Shown here one piece after another: positions 29,192 to 39,500 of a stretch of DNA of 64,000 bases. Source of the stretch: an uncultured Candidatus Sumerlaeota bacterium (GTDB taxonomy: Bacteria > Sumerlaeota > Sumerlaeia > SLMS01); NCBI GenBank assembly GCA_964420455.1, contig CAYQTO010000002.1, forward strand, positions 8,796 to 72,795. Direction: 5' to 3'. Below the pieces are notes generated by a model. The model was not told the DNA's origin, searched no databases, and saw only the letters and a program-made list of their open reading frames with translations. The position numbers were made by a program, and so were the translations under genes. Numbering within the stretch: position 1 is the stretch's first letter; every line of letters starts with the position of its first letter.

Positions 29192-30958
29192 GTGGCCTTG
29201 CTGCTCTGGTTCATTCCCCTCTTCGCGATCCTCCTGATCAACGTCCTGGTGGCGTTGTGGGTGGGGCGCCAGCGCCAGACGACGCGGGCCGGGTTCTTTC
29301 TCCTCATGAACGCGCTGACGCTCATTCTGTGGAGTGGCGGCGTTGTCCTCTATCGCACCTTTCGCGAGGACGCGCCCCAGTTCCTCATGCTGCCGTACCT
29401 CGCGGCGCTCCTGGTTCCCGGCAACTTTCTGTACTACGCCCTGACACGGCCTCACCCGCTGCGCGAATCGTGGTCCGGCGCGCCGCTCATCACCGTCATC
29501 TTCGGTCCCGCTATTCTTCTCACTCTTTTCGAGTACCTCTTCGGCGACGCGTTGTCCATCGCCGCGAGCTATACGCTCGGCCCCGGCGATCCCACCTTCG
29601 ATTCCTGGCCCCAACGCGCCACCGTTCTCTACCTCCTCATCCTCCTCATCACCACCCTCGCGGTTCTTGGCGTCCGCTACTACACCACGAGCGGGCCCGA
29701 GCAGAACACCTCCAAACATCTCATCGCCGTCCTGTTCGGGCCGATCTTCTTCGCGCTGCTGTTCTGGGCCTCCGCGGCCCGGGACATTCCGGGGGCGATT
29801 CCCTCCCCGGGATTCCTCTTCGCCCTCATCGCCCAGGGCGGCCTCCTTGTCGTCCTCCGCCAGGAGGAACTTCGAAACCCGCGCACGCTCACGCGCTCCC
29901 TCTACTATCTGACGACGGTGTTGATCGCCTTCGTCGTCATGAGCCTCGTCGCCCAATTCTACGAGCTGGTGCAGGGCGTCTTCCTCATCGACGAGACGGC
30001 ACTGCTGGTGCTTCTGGGCGTGACCGCGACCCTGATGGCGCTGTCTCGCTTCAGCCTCATCGAGCACACCTTCGACCGCCTCTTCTTCACGCGCGCGGCG
30101 GAGTACCGCCGGCTGGTGGCGGAGACCCGGGCGGAACTGCGCGAGACCCGCGACCGTCTCCGCCGGGCCGAGCGCCTCTCCGTCGTCGGCGAGGTCGCCG
30201 CCCGCGTCGCCCACGAGATCAAGAACCCCCTCGGGCCCATCCGTGGATATACACAGATGATGCGCGAGAAGGTCGAGGCCGCCGAAACCCTCGAGGACCG
30301 CGAGCGGTTCCTCAGCTACCTCGAAGTGATCCAGGAGGAGGTCGACAACATCGACCGGCGGGTGCGTGAGTTCCTGGCGAGCGCGGGGGAGCCACGGCTC
30401 GCCCTCGAGCAGGTCGACATGAACGACATGGTAGGGCGGTGCGCGCGCGTGTTAAAGCTCGAGTTGACGGCAGGCAAGGAACTGGCCGGCGCGATTCTTC
30501 CCGTCCAGGTGCTGATGGAACTCGAGTCGGGACTCGGTAAGGTCGAGATGGATCCCGGCCGGTTCGAGGAAGCGCTCTTCAACATCGCGCGCAACGCGGT
30601 CGATGCGCTGCTCGGCCAGACCCGCGGGCGGATCGTCTTCCGCACGGCCAGCGTTCCAGGCCCGGACGGCACGGAGGGCATCCTGGTCACCGTGCTCGAC
30701 AACGGACCGGGCTTCGATCCCGCCGCCATGGACCGTCTGTTCGAGCCCTTCTACACGAAAAAGGACACGGGCACGGGGCTGGGCCTCGCCATCGCCAAGG
30801 CCACCGTGGAGGCCCACGGCGGGACCATCGTGCTGCGAAACCGGCCCCAGGGCGGCGGCGAGGTGCGCCTGTGGATGCCGCGTGCGGCTCGCGAGAATCC
30901 CGGCGCCCTCCTCCCCAAACCCTTCCCCGCGGTGGAGGTACCCTCCGGCGAGGGATGA
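29192..30958 (+). CDS. Sensor histidine kinase with N-terminal polytopic membrane sensor domain (no cognate response regulator adjacent)
   Basis: ORF 29192..30958 (GTG start). About 7 TM helices. HisKA H-box VAHEIKNPLGPIRGY. HATPase_c N/G1/G2 boxes (DNGPGF.., GTGLGLAIAK). Confidence 0.85.
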   Translation: MALLLWFIPLFAILLINVLVALWVGRQRQTTRAGFFLLMNALTLILWSGGVVLYRTFREDAPQFLMLPYLAALLVPGNFLYYALTRPHPLRESWSGAPLITVIFGPAILLTLFEYLFGDALSIAASYTLGPGDPTFDSWPQRATVLYLLILLITTLAVLGVRYYTTSGPEQNTSKHLIAVLFGPIFFALLFWASAARDIPGAIPSPGFLFALIAQGGLLVVLRQEELRNPRTLTRSLYYLTTVLIAFVVMSLVAQFYELVQGVFLIDETALLVLLGVTATLMALSRFSLIEHTFDRLFFTRAAEYRRLVAETRAELRETRDRLRRAERLSVVGEVAARVAHEIKNPLGPIRGYTQMMREKVEAAETLEDRERFLSYLEVIQEEVDNIDRRVREFLASAGEPRLALEQVDMNDMVGRCARVLKLELTAGKELAGAILPVQVLMELESGLGKVEMDPGRFEEALFNIARNAVDALLGQTRGRIVFRTASVPGPDGTEGILVTVLDNGPGFDPAAMDRLFEPFYTKKDTGTGLGLAIAKATVEAHGGTIVLRNRPQGGGEVRLWMPRAARENPGALLPKPFPAVEVPSGEG

Positions 30959-31015
30959 GGGGGAGGCCACGCGGACACCCAACGGCCTTTTCGTGCAGAC
31001 GGCAGGGTGTTGGGA

Positions 31016-32053
31016 TCAGGTATCGGGCATCTCGATGACGACCTTGATGGGGTCCTCGTGGTAGCGCCGAAGGGTGGTGTAGGCCTGTTGGACTTCGGCG
31101 AGGGGGAAGCGATGGGTAATGGTGGCGTGGGCCTTGGGGAGCCGGCCATCGACCATCAGGCGGACCGCTCGCTCGAGGGTGTTGTAGGGACGGCGGGTGA
31201 ACTGGAGGGTGAGTTCCTTGTGGCGGGCCTGAATGGCGCTGAAGATGACGCGGTTGTCTTCGGGGACGCCGCCGACAACGACCCGGCCGCCGATGCGGGC
31301 GAGGCCCACCGCTTCGCGGGACCCCTCGCTGGCGTTGCTGACGTCGATGGCAAGGTCGACCCCGCCGCGGGGGAGGGCCTTGGCGGCCTCCAGCGCGTCG
31401 TGGGGCCCGAGGGCCATGGCGGCACCGCGTTCGCGCGCCGCCGCGCACCGGTACGCGAGCAGGTCCACCGCCATGACCTGGGCCGCGAGGGAGCCGCTGA
31501 GCAGTTCGACCAGGAGTTGGCCAAGATGCCCGCAACCCACCACCGCCACCGTCTCGCCCACGGAAACCTCCGCCCGGTCGACGATGTGGATCGCGATGCT
31601 GAGCGGCGTCAGGTGAATCGCCTGCTCGTCATCGAGGACGTCGGGGACGGGCATGCAGAGGTGGGCGGGCCAGGCGAAGGCCTCCTGGAGCACACCGTCG
31701 GTGGGCGGCCGGCCGAGCATCCGAGCGTTCGGACAGAGGTTGGGGGATCCGGCGCGACAGACGGCGCAGTTGTAGCACGGCGAGATGGGGTTGGCGACAA
31801 CGCGGCGGCCGGCGAGGGCGGGGTCGACACCGCGACCGACCTCGAGGACCCGCCCGACAAATTCCGTCCCCGGGATGTGCGGACGGCGAAACCCGTTCTC
31901 CAGCGGCGCGCCCGCGCGAAACCGCGCCACATCGATCCCCGTCAGGCCTACCAGACGCGGCGCGATGACGACCTCGCCCGCGCCCGCCTCGCGACGCGCC
32001 GGCCGCTCCGTCACCGCAACCTTCTCTTTGTCGGTCAAAAACACGATGTGCAT
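31016..32053 (-). CDS. Zinc-dependent alcohol dehydrogenase family (MDR) oxidoreductase
   Basis: ORF 31016..32140(-). Start at MHIVFLTDKEK (32053). GHEFVG-like GTEFVGRV. Structural-Zn Cys cluster CYNCAVCRAGSPNLC. GCGHLG NAD-binding motif. Confidence 0.8.
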   Translation of the reverse strand: MHIVFLTDKEKVAVTERPARREAGAGEVVIAPRLVGLTGIDVARFRAGAPLENGFRRPHIPGTEFVGRVLEVGRGVDPALAGRRVVANPISPCYNCAVCRAGSPNLCPNARMLGRPPTDGVLQEAFAWPAHLCMPVPDVLDDEQAIHLTPLSIAIHIVDRAEVSVGETVAVVGCGHLGQLLVELLSGSLAAQVMAVDLLAYRCAAARERGAAMALGPHDALEAAKALPRGGVDLAIDVSNASEGSREAVGLARIGGRVVVGGVPEDNRVIFSAIQARHKELTLQFTRRPYNTLERAVRLMVDGRLPKAHATITHRFPLAEVQQAYTTLRRYHEDPIKVVIEMPDT

Positions 32054-32238
32054 GGAGGGGAACCTGACGGGCCATGATGGGGGGTGGCAAGCCCGCAGCA
32101 GAAAAGCGGCCCCGGCTTTTTTTCTCCCCGGCCAAACCATCGCACCCGCGAGGGAACTCTGGTGATGACGGACATGTCCGTCACGGGCAGGGAGTTTGCG
32201 TCCCTTCTTTGCCGACGTTACCCGGAGAGACCCGTCAC

Positions 32239-33423
32239 ATGATCGCCAACCGGTTCTTGAATCTTGTCGCGGCGCTGCTGTTTCTCGGGCTTGGGGGGGT
32301 GATCGGGGTAACCATTCACCACCTCTGGACGCCGGAGGACGGCGCAGCGGCGACCGCGCTTATGGGCCCCCCGGCAGCCCACGCCAGTGATTCCGCGGTC
32401 GCCGGGCCGGAGGCCCACGATGTCGCTCCCCGGCCCGAGACCGACGTCTCCCGCGTCGTCCGCCAGGTCAGTGACTCCGTCGTCACCGTTGGCGCGATCA
32501 AGCGGGCGGTCATCGCCCAACCTTGGTTCGATAGCTTCCTTTTTGCCCCCCGCTGGCGTTATCAGGAGCGTTTCCAGCGCATGCCCTACATCGGCAGCGG
32601 CTTCATCGTTGCCAACGATGGCCTCGTGCTCACGAATTTCCACGTGATCGAGGACTCCGAGGCGTACTTCGTGACCCTGCCGGACGGGCGCGAGTTCCCC
32701 GCCCGCCTTGTCGATGCGGACCAGTTTACCGATATCGCCCTCCTCCGGATCGAGGCCGACGGCGAGCCCCTTCCCGCTCCCCTCCCGCTCGCCGATTCCG
32801 ATTCGCTCCAACTCGGCGAGCGCGTCGTCGCCATCGGCAACCCCTTCGGACCCTTCATCGCCGATTCCCGACCCACCATCACGGTCGGTTACATCAGCGC
32901 TCTCAATCGCACCTTCGCCCCGGACCGCCGCAATCGCCGCGTCTATCAGGACATGATCCAGACCGACGCAGCCATCAACCCGGGGAACAGCGGGGGCCCG
33001 CTGGTCGACATGAACGGCCATGTGGTCGGGGTGAACACATTCATTGTCTCGCCGTCGGGGACGAGTGCGGGGATCGGGTTTGCCATCCCGACGAACCGTG
33101 TCTCGGGGTTCCTCGACGAGATCGTCCGCTACGGGCGGTTGAGGCCGCTGCTACTCGACTTCGCGTTCCAGACGGTCCGGCTGCGGAACGGCGAGACAGC
33201 CGTGCAGATTGTGAACATGGAGGAAGACGGCCCGGCCGAACGCGCCGGATTGCGCACGGGCGATTTGCTGGTGCGCGCCGACGGACGCGACGTGCGAAAC
33301 CGCGACGACTTCTATCTGCTCTTCGCCAGCAAGCAGGTGGGAGACATGATGGAACTTGCCGTCCTTCGTGACGGCCGTGAGCGTCGGCTGGCCTACGAAA
33401 TCGCCGAGGCACCGCGTGGCTAG
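32239..33423 (+). CDS. Trypsin-like serine protease with PDZ domain (HtrA/DegP family, S1C)
   Basis: Within ORF 32074..33423. ATG 32239 with GGAG upstream. N-terminal TM. Catalytic triad context TNFHV / DIALL / GNSGGPL. C-terminal PDZ. Confidence 0.85.
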   Translation: MIANRFLNLVAALLFLGLGGVIGVTIHHLWTPEDGAAATALMGPPAAHASDSAVAGPEAHDVAPRPETDVSRVVRQVSDSVVTVGAIKRAVIAQPWFDSFLFAPRWRYQERFQRMPYIGSGFIVANDGLVLTNFHVIEDSEAYFVTLPDGREFPARLVDADQFTDIALLRIEADGEPLPAPLPLADSDSLQLGERVVAIGNPFGPFIADSRPTITVGYISALNRTFAPDRRNRRVYQDMIQTDAAINPGNSGGPLVDMNGHVVGVNTFIVSPSGTSAGIGFAIPTNRVSGFLDEIVRYGRLRPLLLDFAFQTVRLRNGETAVQIVNMEEDGPAERAGLRTGDLLVRADGRDVRNRDDFYLLFASKQVGDMMELAVLRDGRERRLAYEIAEAPRG

Positions 33424-33461
33424 ACGCGGAGCCGCGGACACTCCCCGGCATCGGTCCCTGT

Positions 33462-33722
33462 TCAGATCAGGCCGCGTCGCCCTCCGCCGGCGGCGCCGGA
33501 TCCCGCAGGACCCTTCTCCCCGCGACAGATAATCCGGAAGACTTCTTCCGCCGACTCATGAACAACGAGCAACTGGGGCTCGCCCTTCGGCGCCAGAGCC
33601 GCATCGCCCGACAGAAACACGAGGGTCCCTTCCCCCTCCGTGTTCGGAACGAAGCGCACAATGTGGTTGGGATTCAAGTAAACATCCATCTGAGTGTCGT
33701 TATCGGTCAGCTTGAGGAACAT
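33462..33722 (-). CDS. Small hypothetical protein (86 aa)
   Basis: Within ORF 33462..33830(-). ATG 33722 with AGGAG 9 nt upstream. Locally AT-richer codons. Confidence 0.5.
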   Translation of the reverse strand: MFLKLTDNDTQMDVYLNPNHIVRFVPNTEGEGTLVFLSGDAALAPKGEPQLLVVHESAEEVFRIICRGEKGPAGSGAAGGGRRGLI

Positions 33723-33807
33723 CCGGGGGCTCCTTTCACCCTTTTCACTGAAGGGATCATGTGGGGTGTATGCTGGAAGATCAAGGAAATTAGATGGCGC
33801 CGGGAAA

Positions 33808-34557
33808 TCAACCGGAGCCGGTGGGCACAATCCGGGGAAGGATTTCCCCCGCGGGCCCGACGAGGTGATGCGCGGCGAAGGGTGTCAAGTCGGTCGGCAC
33901 GACGTTGACTTCCACGAGCGCAGCCCCCGCCTGTCGCGCCTCGAGCGCCACCCCCGGCACCCAGGTGACTGCGGCCGTTGTCCCAATGAGCAGCACTGCG
34001 TCCAAAGGGCCTTCTGTAAAGTCTGATACCCTGACGAGTTCCTTCGAAGGAAGCATTTCCCCGAACCAGACAACCCCCGGCCGCAGGAGGGTACCGTCCG
34101 TGTCTCGGGGAGGGATGGTGGCCAGCGGCGCCTCGCGAAGTTCCCATTCCGTGCAGGGCGGCTCGGTTCGCCGTACGCGCCAGATATTGCCATGCATCTC
34201 GGCGACACGGCTTGAGCCCGCAAGCCGGTGGAGCCCGTCCACATTTTGGGTGACCAAGAGGAAGTCGGGTATTCGTCGCTCGAGAGCGGCGAGTGCAAAG
34301 TGGGCCGGGTTGGGTTTGCACGCGGCGATTTGCCGGCGCCGGGCATCGTACCACTGCCAGACGGTGGCGGGGTCCGCAGCGAAGCCCTCCGGCGAGGCGA
34401 GGCGCAGGGCGTCTTTTTCCGTCCAGTGGCCGGCGGCCCCGCGAAAGGTTGGAACGCCGCTCTCGGCGGAGACCCCCGCTCCGGTCAGCGCCATCACCCG
34501 CCGGGCACCGGCGAGCAGATCGCGGACCTTGCGGATCTGATTCTCTAGATCAGCCAT
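33808..34557 (-). CDS. cobB: NAD-dependent protein deacylase, Sir2 family (CobB-type)
   Basis: 249 aa. GAGVSAESGVPTFRG, QNVDGLH and the Zn-binding Cys pattern are classical bacterial sirtuin motifs. Confidence 0.85.
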   Translation of the reverse strand: MADLENQIRKVRDLLAGARRVMALTGAGVSAESGVPTFRGAAGHWTEKDALRLASPEGFAADPATVWQWYDARRRQIAACKPNPAHFALAALERRIPDFLLVTQNVDGLHRLAGSSRVAEMHGNIWRVRRTEPPCTEWELREAPLATIPPRDTDGTLLRPGVVWFGEMLPSKELVRVSDFTEGPLDAVLLIGTTAAVTWVPGVALEARQAGAALVEVNVVPTDLTPFAAHHLVGPAGEILPRIVPTGSG

Positions 34558-35195
34558 TGCATGACGAGACCGGCGCCGAGGGGAACGGCGAAGTTATCGT
34601 CGAGCTGTTTGACGAAGGCCTCGACGAGACATGCCGCCAAGGCGCCAAGCATGACGACCGAGTGGGGCAGGCCGGGAACGAGGGAGGCGGCGATGGCAGC
34701 GGCAAGGAAGAAGGCGAGGCTGCCTTCGAGGGACTTGCGCCCGCCCAAAAGTTTGACCCGCCCCAGCCGACGGCCCACAAGCGCCGCCGCCGGGTCGCCG
34801 ACCACCATCATGAGAAAGGCGGCGGTGGCGACCTCGCGATCGAGGAAGAGGAAGAGCAGGAGCGCGGCGGCCATCATCCATGTGGCGCCGGAGATGGCGA
34901 TGCCGGCCAAGGGGGATTTTTCGTGGGGGCGGTAGACGAAGCCGATGGTGGCGCGGACCAGGCCGCCGAGGGGGCCCGGCCGGAGGCGTTCGACGTCGAT
35001 CAGAAGCGACCCCGTGAGGAGGCCCGTCAGGAGGAGCACGGCGTCCGCCCAAGCCAGCTGCCACAGCACCGCCGCGAGCAGCAGCATGGAAAGGTGGATG
35101 GACTTCCGGACGACCTCGGCCTGGTAGCTGATGGTGAAGGAGGAATTGGGGGAAGGGGGGCTGTCGCGGAGGGCGAGGGCAGTGGAGCGGGTCAT
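34545..35195 (-). CDS. Polyprenol/dolichol-kinase-like (CdsA/VTE5 superfamily) CTP-dependent membrane transferase
   Basis: 216 aa with about 6 TM helices. ...VGRRLGRVKLLGGRKSLEGSLAFF.. matches the K-S-x-E-G-S motif of the dolichol/phytol kinase-CdsA superfamily. 13-nt overlap with cobB. Confidence 0.6.
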   Translation of the reverse strand: MTRSTALALRDSPPSPNSSFTISYQAEVVRKSIHLSMLLLAAVLWQLAWADAVLLLTGLLTGSLLIDVERLRPGPLGGLVRATIGFVYRPHEKSPLAGIAISGATWMMAAALLLFLFLDREVATAAFLMMVVGDPAAALVGRRLGRVKLLGGRKSLEGSLAFFLAAAIAASLVPGLPHSVVMLGALAACLVEAFVKQLDDNFAVPLGAGLVMQWLI

Positions 35196-35325
35196 GGCCG
35201 GTAAGTGGGAAGCAGTCGCATCGGGCCGATGATGCGGGTTCCGGGCGCGGAGGCAAGGGGATGAAGAAAGCCCCCCGGCTGGGGGGCCGGGGGGCTTTGC
35301 AGAGGCCTGACTCGGGGGGGGAAGC

Positions 35326-35847
<522 letters not shown>

Positions 35848-35916
35848 TCAGAGAACCTCGGAGTCAGAAATACCGGCTGGGAAACAGTTCCCGGCCGGGC
35901 GGTTGGGGATCAATGG

Positions 35917-36294
35917 TTACTTGGGGCGCTTGGCGCCGTACTTGGAACGGCGCTGCTTGCGGTTGGCGACGCCCTGGGTGTCGCCCTTCTTGGCACCACG
36001 GACGATGTGATAGCGCACGCCGGGGAGGTCCTTCACACGACCGCCGCGGATCAGCACGATGGAGTGCTCCTGCAGGTTGTGCCCTTCACCAGGAATATAA
36101 GCGGTCACCTCGTAGCCGTTCACGAGGCGGACACGGGCAATCTTGCGCATGGCCGAGTTGGGCTTCTTGGGCGTCATGGTGGTGACGCGGGTGCAGACTC
36201 CACGCTTCTGGGGGCAGGCCTGCAGCGCGGGGACTTTGTTTTTCTTGGTCATCCGCTTGCGGCCCTTGCGGATGAGCTGGTTGACCGTGGGCAT
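35917..36294 (-). CDS. rpsL: 30S ribosomal protein S12
   Basis: 125 aa. [12 protein letters not shown]...[54 protein letters not shown] is the canonical S12 sequence. Confidence 0.95.
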   Translation of the reverse strand: MPTVNQLIRKGRKRMTKKNKVPALQACPQKRGVCTRVTTMTPKKPNSAMRKIARVRLVNGYEVTAYIPGEGHNLQEHSIVLIRGGRVKDLPGVRYHIVRGAKKGDTQGVANRKQRRSKYGAKRPK

Positions 36295-36528
36295 TCGGGG
36301 CTCCGGCGTAAGGTTCCATGGCGGGATGCACTGACCCCGCCAAAAGGCTCACGAGCGAAGCGGATCAGTGTCCACCGGTCAAGTGAAAAGGGGAGCACGA
36401 CGTTTCTGGGGCGGCTGTATTCCAGATAGAGAATATCGAGATTTTTCCTTGCGGATTCGTGCCGGGTCGACTCCTTTTTGAGTAGGGCGGTTGACCCGAT
36501 ACTTCCCGCTCCATTCCCCCTCCTTCAC

Positions 36529-39500
36529 ATGCGCAAGCTTTCATCTTTTGGAATTCTCGTGATTTCCGCCGGGATCACGGCGTCTGCAATAGCCCAAAGC
36601 CCGACCGTAACCGTCAACCTTTCAACGCCCCAGGCCCGTGCCCAGACCGTTCAGGCCCTCGCTGCCAAGGCGCGGCAGGAAAAGGCGGAGGCGGAAGCTT
36701 TCGCGGCGCTGTACAACCTGCCAGTCAAGGGCGTGGATGCCCAGGGCCGCGACTTCGAGCTCATGCGCCTCGACCCGAACGGCAACCCCGTCTACTATGT
36801 CACTGACAACGTCAATGCGGCGATCAGCACCGCGGCGGATCAGGTGCGCGATAGCGAGCCGTTCCTCGTGGACGGTTCCACAACGATCGTCGGCGTGTGG
36901 GACTCGGACGCCGTCCGGCCCACGCACCAGGAGTTTGGCGGCCGGGTCATCAACCGCGATAATTCGCCCAACAGTGATCACGGGACCCACGTGGGCGGCA
37001 CCATTGGCGCCGCCGGGGTGGATCCGCGCGCCAAGGGCATGGCCCCAGCTGTCACGATCTACTCCTATGACTGGACCAGTGACGAGTCGGAGATGGCCGC
37101 GAACGCCATGACGGCCCCCGGCCAGGCGGACAAGATCCAGATCTCGAACCACTCCTACGGCACCTACGCGGGGTGGGATGGGACCTACTTCTACGGCAAT
37201 TGGCCCACCTATCGGGAAGATCCGCTCTTTGGCCAGTATGACTCCTCCGCACGCTACTGGGACACCATCGTGTACGACGCGGGCTACTACCTGCCGTTCA
37301 AGAGCGCGGGGAACGACCGCAACGACAAGGCGCCGAGTGCCGGAACCGAGTTCACCTACAGCGGCAACCAAAAGGCGATCTACGACCCGGCGACGGGGCC
37401 CTACAGCGACGGCTACGACAATGGTTTTGATACGGTCGCCTCGAAGAGCGTGGCGAAGAACATTATGACGGTGGGATCGGGGCGCGACGCGGTCCACAAC
37501 GGGACAAGGGACAAGACAAAGGCGAAGCCGGAAAACTACAGCGGCTACGGCCCCGCGGATGACGGCCGCATCAAGCCGGACATTCTCGCGAACGGGGCGG
37601 GGCTCCATTCAACGCGGAGCTCCAGCGACACGGCCTACGGGAGCAAGTCGGGGACGAGCATGGCCTCGCCGAACGCGGCGGGTTCCGCGGCCCTGCTCGT
37701 GGACCTTTACAACCGGCGTCTTCCCGGCCAAGCCATGCGCGCCAGCACCCTCAAGGGCCTCATTCTCCATACCGCCACCGACGTGGACAGGCCCGGCCCC
37801 GACTACAGAACAGGCTGGGGCCTGATGCATACCCGCCTCGCCGCCGAGCAGATCGAACTCCACGCCGCCGCCCAGAACGGCCTCTACATCCACGAGGACG
37901 TGCTCACCCCCGCCGGACCGGCAGACACCTATACCTTCCTCTGGGATGGAACCAGCCCCATCCGCGCCACGCTTTGCTGGACTGATCCCCCGGGACCAAC
38001 CCGAAGCGGTCTCGACGACCGCGCCCCCGTCCTTGTCAACGATCTCGACCTGCGCCTGATCGCCCCCGACGGAACGACGACCTGGTTCCCCTACCGCCTT
38101 GATCCCCAGAACCCCGGCAACGATGCCACCACCGGCGACAACACTGTCGACAACGTCGAGCGCATTGACCTCCCGGTGCCCCCGCAGACGGGCGTCTATA
38201 CGCTCACCGTTACCCACAAGGGATCCCTCACGGATGGCCAGCAGGTCTACTCGCTGATTCTCAACGGGCAGTCGGTGGACTACATCGACGTTCTGCCCAC
38301 AGAGTCGTTCCTGGCCGAGGGCGAGCCTGGCGGGCCCTTCCAGCCCTCCTCGACTGTCTATACGGTCACGAACCGCAGCGAGTCCGAGAGCCTGGACTGG
38401 GCGCTTACGAAAACCGCCTCCTGGCTGGACGTCGATGTGGCCGGCGGCACGTTGCCTCCGGGCGCATCCGCCACCGTCACAGTCTCGCTGAATGCCCAGG
38501 CCGATGCCCTCGGCGCCTCCCCCAACCCCTACGCCGATACGCTGGCCTTCACCAATCTGGCCACCGGCGCCTCTCTCACCCGCGACGTCAGGCTCTTCGT
38601 CGCGCCGAACTACTGGACGGAGCACTTCACGTCCAACGACAACGATCTCGACAACCTCATGCTGACGCTGACGCCCAACGGCTCCGGTGGATACAACGGT
38701 TTTGTGGCGCCGATCACCGAGCTTCCAAGCCCCCCGGCGGGCGGCACCACGCTGTCGCTCAGCGACGACAGCTTCCGATCCATCGACCTTTCGACCCCCG
38801 TCAGCATCTACGACAAGTCCGCCACGCGCCTTTACGTCGGGTCCAATGGGTACATCACCTTCAACTCCGGCGATACGGACACCTACGCGACGATCGGGGA
38901 TCACTTCAATCGGCCGCGGGTGTCGCTCCTGTTCGATGACCTCAACCCGAGCACCGGCGGCACCGTGAGTTGGAAGGAGCTGGCGGACCGTGCGGTGGTC
39001 TCCTACGTCGACGTCCCCGAGTTCAGCCGATCAAACCGCAACACCTTCCAGGCGGAGTTGTTCTTCGACGGGCGAATCCGCCTGAGCTGGCTGAATCTCG
39101 ACGCCACGGACGGCCTCGTGGGGATTTCCGCTGGCGACGGCGAGCCGTCCCTCTTCAAGGAAACGGACATCAGCTCCTATACCGCGCCGGTGAACACTCC
39201 CCCGACGGCGGTGATGGTGGCGGCTTCGACCGCCTCGCCGAAGGAGGGCATGGCCATGAGCGTGAGCGGAACCTTCACGGACCCGGACGCGGATCCGTGG
39301 AGCGTGACCGTGGACTGGGGCGACGGAACGGCACCGACGGAGGTGACGGGCCTGACGGCGCGGTCCTTCGGCCCCATCGGACATGTATATACGGACGGCG
39401 ACGGTACCGGCACCCCCCGAACCATCACGGCGACGGTCCGCGACGCAACGGACTCGGCCGATGGCACGGTGGAAGTCACCGTGCACAACGTGGCGCCGAT

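Noticed and set aside
33808-34557. Sir2-domain protein as part of an anti-phage defence system (Thoeris/DSR-like).
   Set aside because: The sequence has the complete classical CobB deacetylase motifs (GAGVSAESGVPTFRG, Zn-ribbon Cys) and is only 249 aa with no fused effector or sensor domain and no defence-gene neighbours. It is a housekeeping sirtuin.
36491-36503. TTGACC ... GATACT promoter-like hexamers upstream of the S8 protease gene.
   Set aside because: The spacing between the hexamers is only about 2 nt instead of about 17, so this is not a plausible sigma70 promoter.
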